A stretch of DNA of 61,727 nt, the filler included, from Choristocarpus tenellus KU-1152 (taxonomy: Eukaryota; Protista; Phaeophyceae): assembly GCA_964200185.2 (NCBI GenBank). It is 10 parts of 10 records of this genome, joined end to end, with 100 filler letters (N's around TTAATTAATTAA, not from the genome) between each part and the next. Parts side by side here need not be neighbours in the genome. Positions count along the whole stretch, not along the records: positions 1 to 10,597 come from CAXNAD020002843.1; positions 10,698 to 16,132 come from CAXNAD020010787.1; 8 more parts are not named here. One strand, written 5' to 3'. How positions within the stretch are numbered: position 1 is the first letter of the stretch; each line of letters begins with the position of its first letter. The notes under the pieces were generated by a model, which saw nothing but the letters and a program-made list of their open reading frames with translations, was not told the DNA's origin and ran no database searches. Shown piece after piece: positions 1-12,949 of this stretch. The translations under genes were made by a program, and so were the position numbers.

Positions 1-399
1 ATGTACAAGTCAAGTCCAATCCACAGATTATCGAACGTCAGCTCAGCAGAACAGGGGTACTCTCAATTGAATCAATCAGGATAAGAAATATGTATGGTTT
101 TTTTATATCAGAAAGAGAGTGAGCTTATGTGGGTCTTAGGTCAGAAGAACTGAGCCGCTTAGAGCCATTTTTTGGAACTCTAATAATCATTTACCGTTTG
201 GGGTTTATTCGGGTTTACAAATACTGGCATATATCTGAGAACCCTTCCCGACCATCCATCCATGACCCTCTGCAACTACCCAAGTTACAGTTTATTCTGC
301 AACTTTTAGGCAAATCGGAGTTCCCCCTTTTGGGGTTCCCCACGCGCGTATACTGCTCGCGCTGGTTAAAGCGCGGGAAGAAATACTCGCGTTATTCGC

Positions 400-1620
400 C
401 TGTAACAGTGGTGGGCAGGGCCAACAGGTGCCCTCTGGGTATGCGGAGATTCTTTGTCGCAAACATCACGTGGGTGCTTGGAGTTCCTGATTTGGACTTG
501 GGGCAAGGATTGGGAGATCTGCACCTGATGTGCTGGGCATTCATGCCAGTGGGTTATGTATCTTGGACGTCTTGATATGGGTCAGCGTCAGAAGAATTGC
601 TGCCTGTGGTACCAGGACGAGTACTGTATTTAGTTTGTGTAAAATGTGGTTAGGGTGATCTAGGCCAATAGTGATAAATGATGGGAGAAACAAAATAGTA
701 TTATTCATTTTGTTCAGTTGTTGGTTGGATATACTGTGTATGCATGCTGTGTGCAATCATCCTCAAAATGGGAGTTGGGGTTGAAGCATTTTTCCCTCCC
801 CAAGGACTGATATGCTGGTCTAAGGATGGAGCAGGAAGAGGTGGGGTGATGATAGGATGCTTTGTAAGTATGCGCATCAGGTGTAGGATGACTGAGTATG
901 GAAAGGAGGAGGCCGCCAACATGACCTTGGTGTGGAAGTTGGTGCTGTTGTCGGGAATGGAGGGGACTGTGTTATTACTACAACTTTGGGTGTTGGAGGT
1001 AAGAGGGATACACCATAGGAGCAACGTGGGGGGTGTTTTTTCAACTGGAGAGTGATGTGTGTATATGTCGATTGAGGTCTGGGTTCTGGCTTCTCATTAC
1101 AATGCAGACGACCATGTGAACGGTGTTTCGACTCTGTTGTTGTTCATGACCTTGGGTAGGACACATATATGTTGATCCCAGCTGTATTGTTATTGTTTGT
1201 CCTCGACGTAGGGATGGATATGGATCACGCAACAAAGATGCAGGAAGGAGGTAGGCAATGTGTGGTGATCTCGAACCGTTGACCAATGGCATTTGTCGTG
1301 GTGACTTCTAGAGCATGGGATATGGATTGATAACATGCACACCTAGGGAGTAGGCTCCAGGACGGGAGCTGCTGATGGTGTTCTGCTCAGGGTGAATTTA
1401 GGGAGAGGACGTGATGGTCAATAGGGCCAGTTGTGAAAGTCAGTTAGCTGCTGTGGGTTAGCAGTTATTGAAGTTGGATTGGGTAAATATTTCTGTAAGT
1501 TGTCTTGATATGTTACCTGCAGTCAGTTGCTACATTGATGCCGTGTTGTTTTATTTGGTACTGAAGAATGCTGTACAGTGGGTAGGATCTCTGTTATTGT
1601 AGTCTTTGTAGCGATAGAGC
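400..1620 (-). mobile_element. Probable highly degenerate non-LTR retrotransposon fragment
   Basis: Strong strand bias (C/A-rich on the minus strand) and broken frames with weak resemblance to RLE-type LINE C-termini (ILFLP..ITIG). No intact motif. Confidence 0.3.
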
Positions 1621-1644
1621 GGTTATCAGTTGTGGGATGCTCCG

Positions 1645-1940
1645 AGACAAAGTAGACGAGAGGTACCCCCAGAGTTGCGTTTTAAGGGTAATGACAAAAA
1701 ATTCAATCTTTTTAGAAATATATATACATGTAAGATATTTTCTGAATTTTGTCGAAAAGTTTCAAATAATAGAAAAATCAACGATCTCAACTTAGCTCTC
1801 CATCCATAGAAATATGGGTGAATTGCAAAAGATTGAAGGACTGACCGAAAATGCAAAACGGGGAAAACTTGGGTACGTCCTGTTTATTTTGACTCTCTAC
1901 GATCATTCTGAGATTTGAGTAACTTCCTCGTGGGAGTCAT
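1645..1940. repeat. Dispersed repeat family C, copy 1
   Basis: Shares AAAGTA.ACGAGAG, CCAGAGTTGC...TTAAGG and AGAAATATGGGTGAA.TGCA.AAGATTGAA with 17006-17310. Confidence 0.7.
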
Positions 1941-2479
1941 TGCGACCCTCTGGCCTCGTGCATGTCCAACTAGAGAAGGTGGTGATCGAGTTACCACAAT
2001 AATAAGAGAATGTGCATTCAGATGCAGCTGAAGTGGCTGGTGCATGCATCCACTGGATACATGCACAGATATACCTCCAGCTGGTATCGCGGTTTATCCT
2101 CATAGGTGATCTACCTCCAACAATGCCCTCTGTTGGGCACTTTCCCTACCTCCGTATCTGGAGGATGGCACCGCATTACCCTGCTGCTGTGTGTGATGTA
2201 TTGGTTATCTATTTGAGAGTAGCTTAGCCGTACTGAACTTCTGGTTGCTCTCATCATCATCAGAGATCTCTTTTCCATTTGGAAGTCGCATTTCTCCATG
2301 AGGCATTTAGGCCTCGCCTTGAAATGCCTGTCAACATCCCTATGAGAGAAGTTCCAAACTTGTGACATTCCTTTGGCATTGAGTCAAATTTCACAACCAA
2401 TAAATCAACTTCACCGTTGACTTCCTTGTTGTCTCCTTCTAGAATATTCTCTTCTTTGTTGTTGTCGCCTTTAGCTTAT

Positions 2480-2734
2480 GAGTAATAGTATCTTAGAGAG
2501 TACGAGTTTTGCCCTGTTTGTCCATTTGGGGCTTGGCTTCCCATATTTTTTTTTTACATTTTCCTACTCCAAAATGTTTAGGAGTAGGTGAAATATATAC
2601 GTTATGAAAAGGAGTGTCTGGAACATGGATATTGGCACTTCTTAACAAACACGATAGCCAAATTACATCAAAATCGCAACCTTGGATTTTGACCCCAAAT
2701 GGACACGACTCTACCCTCTAAGATACTTTGGCTC
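2480..2734. mobile_element. MITE family A (~255 bp, Sola-like)
   Basis: TIR GAG..A.AGTATCTTAGAG.GTA / TACCCTCTAAGATACTTTGGCTC; 4-bp TSD TTAT. Confidence 0.9.
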
Positions 2735-3427
2735 TTATGTGTAGTCAAGTACATGTTTGATGCACTCGCCTGACCCTCATTTGCCATGATGACAGGCAGA
2801 ACTAGGGTGGCATAGGTATTGACCCACAAAAGTGGTTATGTGATGACTGATTTTTCTATCCTCTCAAGCACGCATCCTCTATCTATATCAACACCACAAA
2901 CACCACCCAGTCAAAGTGCCGTTGTGACAATGTGTATATTTCACCTGATACATATGACTGACTGACTTTCATATCCTGCAAGGTATGAATTTTCGTCAGT
3001 TCCACCCACACGAAAGAACCTCAAAGGTACTCGTTAACTCCACCTACACTTTGATGTTAAGCCCCACAATTCCCTTGTAATAGAAGAAATGTCGAAAGGT
3101 TGATGATGAAATGGAAATAAATTGGTACGTTTTCCTCAACTTTTTCAGAGTATCAGATCAATACTAAACCTTTTCTGGTCAATAACGTATCAAATATCAA
3201 ATCATTGGGAAAAAATTGATACCATCCTTTTCTGGAACTAAGAGTTTCTTTTCTTTGTATATTGTCTCTTTCAATGTGACGTGTTGTGACGTGTTGGGAA
3301 CCACAGTTTCAATCTCCCTCTTAATGTCTAATTGACGGAGGAGACCTTCCCAGTACAAATTAAATTCTTTGAAGTAGCTATCACTTTGGCGACCTGGTGG
3401 TGTCTGCGTGTGCGGAAAGTTAAAAGG

Positions 3428-5377
3428 ATGAAGGCGACCGACTACCGAGTCCCATGGGGTCGCCCCAGCGAACACCTCCTTGCCGTGCAGCAAGAGATCA
3501 ACGATCAGCAGATGCATGTCAAACGAGTGAAGGAGGCAAGGAGCTTGGTTGATTCTGTGGCCCCGTACTGTGCCGAGATGCCACATATGGTCGCTCAGTT
3601 CAAAAAGAAACAGGTTTGTTTTCGTTCGATCGTCACATGTAGCAGAAAACCCCCGTCTAGAATGAACACCGAATCCACTCCTCAATGTCGAACATGACAC
3701 CTGCAATACAGGGCTCTTCCGAACATGCTATAGCAAGTGTGGCGGTCTTGAATCATCTCAGAACAGACCAGGCCATGTTTTCACTACCCTTCATTTCCCG
3801 TTGCCTTCTTCGAGCATTCCATCATCTTAGTCACTCTTTAACGTGTACCAGGACGCTACCTTAGTAAAATATCGATCCACACGACGCCTGCTGTACTCCC
3901 TACTCTCCTGTTTGGGCAGTTTTACAGCCACTCCAAGACGTTCTAAACTACGAACCTTCCAGTAGAAACATACTTTCCTGTTTTCGACTGGTTTTGTAGA
4001 TATTAAATCCCTTTTCGATCACATTCCTCTTCAGAAAAGAAGAGGGAAATTATCTCAATCAATAGTGGGACACTCCCACGCAAAATGTAACTGGTCGTGG
4101 TACACTCCAAAATATTCAATTTTGGAGGCTTCTATATCACCACGTTGTTGAGTGGTAGATATTGACTTCTGTGGTCCAGATGAAAATTTGACGAATAGTT
4201 GATCATCTACATTTCAACTTGCTGTCCGACTATCAATACGAACAGATGCGAGAAGATCGTCAACGTGAAATTGCACAGGAGAACCACTCTCTTATGCACC
4301 GACTAACTCGCATCATGAGGGAGGAAAGGCATGACCCTCTGCCCCAGTTCAAGCACCTCTCCACGGAATACAGGGAGAGCTTGAGGCGAAAGAAGCTCCT
4401 GAAGCTAGAGGTTGGAAAAGGGTCATATTTGGTCGTTGATGGTACTGAAGGCACTGTCTCAATGCAGATCATCCATTGCACTCTGGGCTGCCTAGTATAG
4501 GTTGAATTCCTGTACAAGAACTACTCCATGTGCAGAAGGGGTGACCACAGACACGTCTATTTTAAATTCCTCAGTTCTTTTACCAACAGCACAATAAAGG
4601 CATGCTTCACCCAACCAAACTCTACTGCCAACCTTAGCTCACCTTTACCTCATAATGCACCTCCGCCCACTCATCTTTCAGGGCGAGAATAGACGCCTGG
4701 CCCGAGCAATCAAGGGCCAACAACCCTTTTACTCCACCGGGACCATGGTAAAGGCAGAAGGAGACAGGCAAGCACTGCTCAAAACAATGTCAAGAACACA
4801 GCGTCGAAGGGAGAGAATATCCCTCCTCGCCAAGGTCTCCAACAACTCACAATTGGTGGGGCGGACAAGCTCTAGCCCCTCCATCAGTTGTATGGCTGAA
4901 GAGGGTGTTGTCTTCCGCCCAGGGTCCACAGTGGTCAAGCTGAGGACGGCCAAGCAAATGCAGCATGAGGTGGCACGGGCAAGAGGAGCCCGAAGGGGAA
5001 GGGGGGGACCATACATGGACAGCAAGGAATGGTCGGATCTATCAGGTGTACAAGGTGGAGCAGGGAGTCGAACTTCTAAATTGGGAACTATAGCAGTCGG
5101 GAAGTCAGAAAAGGGAAGTGTTGTCCTGGAGATGCACCATACAGGGATCCAGGCCTCCACTGGCCACCCAAACTTGATCTTTACACCCTCTCTTATCCCT
5201 GCCAGCATGAAGCCGTTGGCCAGAGAGCACTCAATGATCGAAGATTCAAAGAGTGAGGGTTTGTGTGACATAGGCGATGTCTGCCAAAGGGACTCTTGTG
5301 GCTCAGGAGAGATGGGGGGCGAGGTAGGAGGATCTATGGCTCAGGTTATGCAGAAAAGAGTCATGGCAACAGTGTAG
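3428..5377 (+). CDS. CFAP97/KIAA1430 (Hemingway)-domain protein, 3 exons: 3428-3613, 4246-4410, 4682-5377
   Basis: Phase-0 GT-AG joins give MKATDYRVPWGRP...HVKRVKEARSLVDSVAP...KKKQ|MREDRQREIAQENHSLMHRLTRIM...RRKKLLKLE|GENRRLARAIKGQQPFYS. The two 'EN..L..R/AI' coiled-coil repeats followed by 'P.Y' are typical of this family. Confidence 0.75.
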
Positions 5378-6406
5378 TTGTCATAGGTGACCCTGCCTGT
5401 TCAAAGCAACTTGGTATGGATGGCTATCAAGTGCAAAGAGGATGGCAAGCAGGTCAAGAGGCTTTGTACATGTACGTGTGCATTTGCGTTGGCTAGGGTG
5501 AGGAAAAATTGCTCAGAAATGGGCAATATATATGCTTAGGTCATTGCACATGTTTATCAAAACTGACATTGATGCTTAGCCTATATTCTCTATTATTGCG
5601 CAAGCAAACATGATGGAATGCACCTTCGTCTCTACCTTTTGCTGCACCGGCTGGTGTATGTACCGTTTGAGAATGATTGCTTACTTCAGTTTATGTTACA
5701 ACCTGTAAGATGTAGGAACTTGCTTTGGGAATATCTCTATTGTAAGGCTGTAGGGATGTGGGAGGGGTACAGAGACAGGAAATGTACTAGTGATAAACGT
5801 CCTGCAAGCCTTCAAGAGAGAAGTACGGTTGGAGGAGTGACACAACAGTGTCCTGGATTGGGTCGAGTCCCAATATTTCACTCCACCACTAACTCCCATC
5901 ACTGCAGATAGCCCAACTCCAAATAAAATTATAGACTGTTCAAATGCTAAATATACAACAGGTAGCAAAAAATTACCCAAAAATGCCCTCCTTAATACAA
6001 CAGTCACAACTAAAGCTTTGCAATGGACAGCACAAAAAAATACAATATGTAGCATGTACATCTCCTATGAGTTGTCCTCATTGTCACTCCTGTGGCTCCC
6101 TTTTGCAATTGAGCCTTGCAAGGAGGCATTATTCTTGTCACCACTACCAGCTAAAGTCTGATGAAGGTGTTGGGGGATTGGATGGAGGTATGGAGGGAGA
6201 GGGGGCGTGGAAAAGTGTCAGAGCAAAAATACAGGCAAATCATAAAATGGACTGTACATGCCAACGATCCGGAAACACCACAACCTACCTCTGCTTCAAC
6301 AGGATAGTAACGATCAGACCGTGAAGGTGATTCAATGCCATCATTTCATCCATGAAATCCCCAAATATCACCTGCAGGTCTATCCTGCTATACACAATCC
6401 CTTCTC

Positions 6407-7715
6407 TCACCCCTCCTCCAACTCACAGTAGACACTTGCCTCAAACACATCGTGCTCCTGCAGCAGCCATTCCACATCTTCTTGTGTGAAGAATTCCCCC
6501 AGGTCATCTGTAACGCGAGTGACACACCCAACAACCTCTCGATTCCTGTACAGGAGGAGGGTAGGGAGCGCCACTGGATCGTAATCCCCATCTGCAGCAG
6601 AGCTGCGCATTCGGAGAAACTTTACAAGGGGCTTACGACACGCGAGCACCTCAAGGTACCGGTTCATTCGCACGCAGGCTGCAACGTAGGGTTCGTACAG
6701 ATGGACGACCACGCATGTTCGTGGATCTTCTATGTCCACCGCTAACACGAAATCCCCACGCTCCACCTCTCGAATTTGTCCAAACTGCGGTCGGCCTGTA
6801 CTGACCTTGAGTTGCTGCAGCCGGCGCTCCCGGTACCTCTGGAGAAAATTCTCGTCGTCGTTGTCATCGTCAGAGCTATCTCCCCCTCCCTCCACACTCA
6901 GTCCTACCATTGTCCCTTCCTGCGCCACTTCTTCCAATCTATGTCCTCGAGCCATTCTTTGTAGCATAGCTTTTCTGTACTCGCCCTCAACTACGTCCTC
7001 TGCATGAGTTAGAGAAGGGAGGGAACCAAATTTGGATGGACCACCAACAAGTGTTCCAGTCACAGCGAGAGGCAATGGGATAGGGAACCCAACCACTGTT
7101 TGAGCAGTAAACATACTCATCAATAAGATCCCAACCTGCGAAGGTCCTGCAGCCTTTAGCAATGCACCATCTCCACCACTCGCCCATACAATGAATCAAT
7201 TGTTTCCCCTGCTTACACTGACCATTGCAGCGGTACCACGACCACGCACAACAAACGCACCTGCTTCCGCCGAGGCCTTCCAAGCCTTGTAGTCCGCAAG
7301 GACGCCCTTAACTCCTGTGCGGGCGCGCTCTTTCTCATACCTCGCCGCGATCGTCCGCCTGACAGGCTCAGGACAATCATTCTCTATCCACTTCTGTTGC
7401 TTTTGCAGCTCGGACAGCTCTGCTTCCGGATCACTCGCATCCGGATCGAGCCAGTCTGCCCGGGCCTGCTCTCCCTCCTCATCACTTTCTTTCTCCCACC
7501 ATGTGTACTTCCCTGGAATGTTTTTCTTGAGAATCTTATCCTCCAAGTCACCCTAGCCGAACAGTGTACCACGGCAACAAGGACATCAGTAGATAACATA
7601 TAGGTTAATGGACCGTGGCTTGTAGTAAATATGTGTGCAGGTGGGGTGTGATACAATGAATCACCTCAAGCGCAAGCCAGTATCTATGGGTGACCGGAAT
7701 ATGTGGTCTTACCAT
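6407..7715 (-). CDS. PDCL: Phosducin-like protein 1 (PhLP1), exons 7715-7713 (ATG only), 7552-7261, 6999-6407
   Basis: MGDLEDKIL start, TGVKGVLADY helix-1 motif, FLQRYRERRLQQL, and a thioredoxin-like domain (VVVHLYEP...C...KFLRM...ALPTLLLYRN...GEFFTQEDVEWLL). Splice phases agree, and a CTAAC branch point precedes the last acceptor. Confidence 0.9.
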
Positions 7716-7840
7716 CCCGAGTGCAGGGGTTAGAAGGTCGAGGTACGAGGTGGTGTTGGACAAAGAAATTGATATTCTACATTTCAACATGCCTCCCAGT
7801 GGTGATCCATGAAACGCCAAAACAGACTCAAACACTTCCT

Positions 7841-9336
7841 ATGGATTCGGATATGGGAACCGGACAAGAGGGCGTGCAACTCCCAGTTAGTGTACCACAG
7901 AGTCTTGTAAATTATGACCCGCCTATCTTCGCAGGACTCCAGCCATCCTCTGATAGCACAGGATGGGGGAAGGGGAAGGGAGGGAAGGGGAAGGGAGGGA
8001 AGGGACAACACGAGGGTCAGGGAAAGACATCTCAGTTAGACGACATGGTAAACTCCATGTTGCCTCCACGGGAATGGACGGAGAAGACAGGAACGTGGAT
8101 GCAATACGTAAGCAAAGAACCCGCCACGCGCTTGGCCGTCATAATGCTTCAGGTGTGTTTGATCTCTTGGGTGATACATAAACTCATTTGTACGATGTAC
8201 GAGGAAAATTGCTTGCCACTATGGAGCGACACTTCTTCATTTGGAGTTATTCATAGCTTCATTGTGAGCCTTGATATCGCCTGGGTATTCCCTGTGAAGG
8301 AATTAACACATTATTGGACAGACCATTGAGTATTCCCCCAAATACGTTGCTACTGTGTATATATACATAGCAAGTATCCATATGAGAGAAGTATAGCTTA
8401 CAATTGATTGCCTCTCATATTTTCAATTTTGTCCGCATAACATGGAAATGTCCCCGTGAATTGGAGAGTTTGACGAACTTTAGTCGTTGCTGCATGCTCT
8501 AAATATCAACTCCTGGGGAGATAGGAGCAATTGGACAAAAAACTTGTGGAAAGACAGGCGTTGGAGAACGGAATATGCCCTGTGAGGGAGGACCTCTACT
8601 CTCAGGCTTTCGGTGGGTACCCCTCCTTCCTTTCCTATCAGCGCTTTTTTGTGCCATTGCGCTGAGCCTGATACATTCTCCCCCAAGTGATCAATGCTTT
8701 CGCTGACACCTACCACGTAGAATTATACTACTATATACTCTGGAGTATATTCGTACATGATTCCTGATCCAATGTGCTGTGCTATGTGTCAACTACACAG
8801 CAATCGGCAATTCAGTCAACTATGAATAAGTCACCAGTCCTAACGTTGTTAGAATATGGTGACGTCGTTACTGCTTGGGAGGCAGGTATTCAACACTCAA
8901 GAGTAATCCACTCTCTATCCAACAAAATATTAATGAGAGATTAAGTAATCCTCAATCATGAGAGGCAGGCGCCACACCACTTCTTACCACTTTGGACGAG
9001 GATCCTCCATGACACGGAATAAAGCTCTGGAATGCAAGTTGCAATCTTCCCTCAAGCTTGGAATCGAACTTTTGTTTGGAGATTGTAGAACATGGCACAA
9101 ACACTGATTGCCAGCCATGCCTCACTCAGAAAAACTGTATCTTTGCCCTCGTTTTAGATGAGCTCATCCGTCACGTGACACTGGATGGACCGGAAAGGGG
9201 CCTGCTCTGCTTGCGCGTGAGGGATGAGATCCATATGACTATCGATGCCTACAAGACAGTCTATGATAGCAGTGTAACCTTTGGCATTAAGAAGCAATTG
9301 CAGGCAGAGCATGGCATGAGCGACAAGGAGGAACAG
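7841..9336 (+). CDS. DNALI1: Axonemal inner-arm dynein light intermediate chain p28, 3'-partial; exons 7841-8152, 8525-8612, 9158-9336
   Basis: SLVNYDPP...NSMLPPREW...WMQYVSKEPATR...LQ|EQLDKKLVERQALENGICPVREDLYSQAF|DELIRHVTLDGPERGLLCLRVRDEI...AYKTVYDSSVTFG, the diagnostic p28 sequence. No later exons were found before the contig end. Confidence 0.95.
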
Positions 9337-10543
9337 GTAAAATCTGAGATCTTCACACGGCATGTACACAAGAACAGTCTGAACCAACAAACCAACTCTG
9401 GTTGCAAAATCAACACAAAGAAAATGTATGATCGGTTTGATTCTACTTGAGAACATCTGGTAGATTTTCTGTAATAGCCATTGTGCTACAGTGCAGAATA
9501 TTTAACAATTTTTTATGTTGTTTAGTTAACGGAGTCACGATCAACCTTTGGCAGATAAATCGCCAGATGTCTTTCAGTCTCTTTCTTGCCTAATGTGATG
9601 AGATAAGTCGAAGGCCATTGACCAATCCAGGGCCTCCAACGCCAACCCTGGTGCTCAATAGTCATACATTAGCTCCCCTATGTGACAGACAGCCTGTGGC
9701 ACAGTCCTAGATATTTATCATGACTTGTTTCATCAACACAGTGGCCTACAGCTACCTTACCAATGATCGTATGTTGATGATGACAGATCCACTGCATGCA
9801 CCAGAACCTTGAGGCCTATGCCGTAATGGTCCTGAAGATGAAATCAGAGGAGGGTGTGGTTTCCCTTGCGTGGGGTAGTGGATAGACTGAACTTACCAAG
9901 CACTTGAGGCGATTGATCAATAACAGTATTGATGGGGTTAACCTGACAAGTTCCTGTTGTTCCCCTTCTGCAAGAGTTTGAAATTCCTCTTGCATGCTGA
10001 CCACTGCGTTTGGCACTACTCTGTTTTTAGACAAACATACTCTCACGTCCTCCACAATAGGTAGGGTATCATGTCTATTTCCTTGAGTTTTTTTTAGAGA
10101 GCAAAACACTTTTTCCCCACACATGCGGATGTTTGCGTCCAACGTGTAGTCACTAGACCGTTCAGCCTGAAGAAGCATTCATTCCACACACTCTGAGCTT
10201 GGGCAGGCAGTTACTGTGTCTGCTAATGGATCTTTATATATTAGAATCTAAGAAAATGCAGTTTGAAGTCTTGGTTTTCCTTATCAATATGACTTTGTTC
10301 AGAGCACATTAAATTATATATATTTTTTGCTTCACTGCACAGATTCACTCACACTTATATTTATATTATTCATTATTTATTTGGGTGCAACCTTCTACGA
10401 CTTGAGATGTGCTCACCTTGTGCTTCATGTGTGTGTGTGTGTTTTGAACGCTTCTCTCGACCTTAGTGTAAAATATCCAACAACCTGATTACTCTTACAA
10501 ACCTTTGCTATTCCAATACTCAAAATACAACATAAATGAAGAG

Positions 10544-10597
10544 GGGTCAAAGTATCTGGAGGGGGGGGGGGGGGGGGGGGGGGGGTGGGGGGGGGGG
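10544..10597. mobile_element. MITE family B-type end at contig break
   Basis: GGGTCAAAGTATCTGGA followed by poly-G. Confidence 0.7.
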
Positions 10598-10697
10598 NNN
10601 NNNNNNNNNNNNNNNNNNNNNNNNNNNNNNNNNNNNNNNNNTTAATTAATTAANNNNNNNNNNNNNNNNNNNNNNNNNNNNNNNNNNNNNNNNNNNN
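10598..10697. other. Artificial contig linker N44-TTAATTAATTAA-N44 (also 16133-16232, 20124-20223, 28041-28140, 33009-33108, 37658-37757, 44151-44250, 50928-51027, 54420-54519)
   Basis: Identical 100-bp spacer with stop codons in all six frames, present nine times. Confidence 0.98.
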
Positions 10698-10714
10698 GGA
10701 TGTCTTCAGTTATT

Positions 10715-10899
10715 GGCTCAAAGTATCTGGGGGGGGGGGGTGGCGACTGTCCATTTGGGGTCAATTTTTTCATGTCGCGATTTTTGGGTGATTTGGTTGC
10801 ATACGCCTGATGATGGATAATGTAAATTCACTTTTCTTGATTTTGACCCAAATGGACACCCTGATGATGTAGACCCCCCCCCCACAGATACTTTGGGTC
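10715..10899. mobile_element. MITE family B (poly-G TIR, 185 bp)
   Basis: Ends GGCTCAAAGTATCTG(G)n and (C)nACAGATACTTTGGGTC; TSD TATT. Shares CAAAGTATCT and GTCCATTTGG motifs with family A. Confidence 0.88.
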
Positions 10900-12092
10900 T
10901 ATTACCTGTTTTGTTGTCGGATGTAGAACTTCGGCCTTTTCTTAATAGCCTATGTAACCCTGGTCTGCCCCTTGACAAGCGTTTTGGCTTGTCTATCTTC
11001 TTTGTTGACAATATCGAAACACTGCAATACTGTGTTATTTTAATGTATTGTAATATATAAAAATTTAATTTCTAGCATACATACCCAGAAAATACCTGGG
11101 TGTGACCAACTCCTGTCATTCTTTCCTCGTTCATAGACCACCTTCATTGTGCTATCACGGTCCTGCCTGAAAAGGTATGATGTCCATAAAATGATCGAGT
11201 TCATCACACAGGTCGATCTGGCTTTGGGTTGATGCACCCCACTTCTCGTTAATGATGCCATCAGATACCCCGATTATGTAAGTGGTGCTGAGTTATTGCC
11301 ACTTTGTAACCTCGAGGCTTACAGGTTTTCGTTTAGGTCTTTCTTGGTATTGGTGTTGATGTTTGGTGTGTGTGTGGACTTTATCTGGTGTGCCACGTAT
11401 ACCACAAAACAGATATAGAGGTTTTCACATATGTTTAAAGGTGGTCCAAGAAGATTGAAGAAACACTTCTGTTTCTGTTTGACAAGGTGACTTTTTCCTT
11501 CCCAAAAAAACACACTTCATATCTTTCCCTAAAAGTTGTGGAGGTCTATGATGTGATGACAACATTTATCTTTTTGTTTGGGGATGGATAGCGAACATGA
11601 GGTATGGAGGGCAGAGAGCTTTTTGTCTGGAGTACTTGGCAGACCGCATATTGTTTCGAAACAACCCCCTACTGTCCACGTTGGTCAGTGAGGTGGCAAG
11701 TGATATAATCTGGTCGAATTTCGTAAAGGGAATGTCGGGGTGCGAACCCTGGTTGAGGTCAGATTTTCTTCGTAGGAAATTTGTCTTTGGTGGACCACAT
11801 ATTATTAGAAGTGAATTGGGGAGGGTACACGTGTACCTTACTATATTAGTCAAAAGCACAAAAAATGACATTGAAGATCTGGTTCGCAACGGAGAAGATT
11901 TTATGGAGACGGGAGAAGTACGCACCAGATTCGAGAGAGGGGGGATGGGAATACTGAAAAAGATTTTCAGTACAATGGAATAGACTACTGTTAGTTTGGA
12001 GGTTAGAAAAAATGAAACACAAAATGTAGGTAGGAGGTGTGGAGAAGTTTCCAGACTAATTATAAGCGAATAATATTTATTAGTAGATTGCA

Positions 12093-12173
12093 TCATCAAT
12101 CTAACTAAAGATGTGTCATCAATCTAACTAAAGATGTGTCATCAATCTAACTAAAGATGTGTCATCAATCTAA
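12093..12173. repeat. 23-bp tandem repeat x3.5
   Basis: Unit TCATCAATCTAACTAAAGATGTG. Confidence 0.95.
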
Positions 12174-12949
12174 TGACTACACTAACAATAGTAGTATTAG
12201 TAGACTTGTGTAGGATATAATATGTCATACAATATATCTCTACACCTCCACAAGCTCAAATATATTATGATCACACAACAATATAATCAACATATATATA
12301 TATATAGATCGCATTTGAACACTCACCTCCATACACGCAACAACAATCCAGATTTGTTGCGTATGAGGGTAGAACAATCACACAAGAACCTACCATTGGA
12401 CAGATTTTGATGTTGCTGCCTATTGGTGTGTTCTAGAATTTTCAAGGTATCAATAGGCACCTTTAGATTTTTGTATCAGGAGTTGAATGATAAACGGTTA
12501 TGTGTTGTGGCACCCATAGTGGCTCTGGGGCTGTCCAGCTTCAACTTGGTCTCAAACAAACCTCTTTTTGCAAACTTGTACACAAGGATTGAATCCCAAC
12601 TCCTATATAGCCCGGGAGGTGGCTGGGCTTCACTAGGCACGTGCTGAGAGAAACGTTACCTCTAGCAGAGTCTGTGAATATGTGATACCCTTCGCCGCCC
12701 TTCAAAATTTTCAGACAGTGGCTGGGCGTTCGCGCACCCAGCGGAACCTGCTTAGACTGTGCCTACTGGAACACTATCCTCCCCGACAAGGGCGAGAGGG
12801 ATCAGGATATGATACCAGAGAGGGTCCATACATTGGTTTAGTGGCTGCTGCGTCGACTAACTTTGGGAGGGGGCGTGTTTGGCTCAGGAGGAAGAGAAGT
12901 AGTGTGACCTGGCAGTTTGACTTTGGTGCTATAATTTGTTTTCGGCAGG

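Noticed and set aside
10642-10653. Recurrent TTAATTAATTAA palindrome
   Set aside because: Assembly linker artefact, always centred in 88 Ns.
11040-12099. ORFs of 128-177 aa on both strands
   Set aside because: No recognisable motif; likely degenerate repeat sequence.
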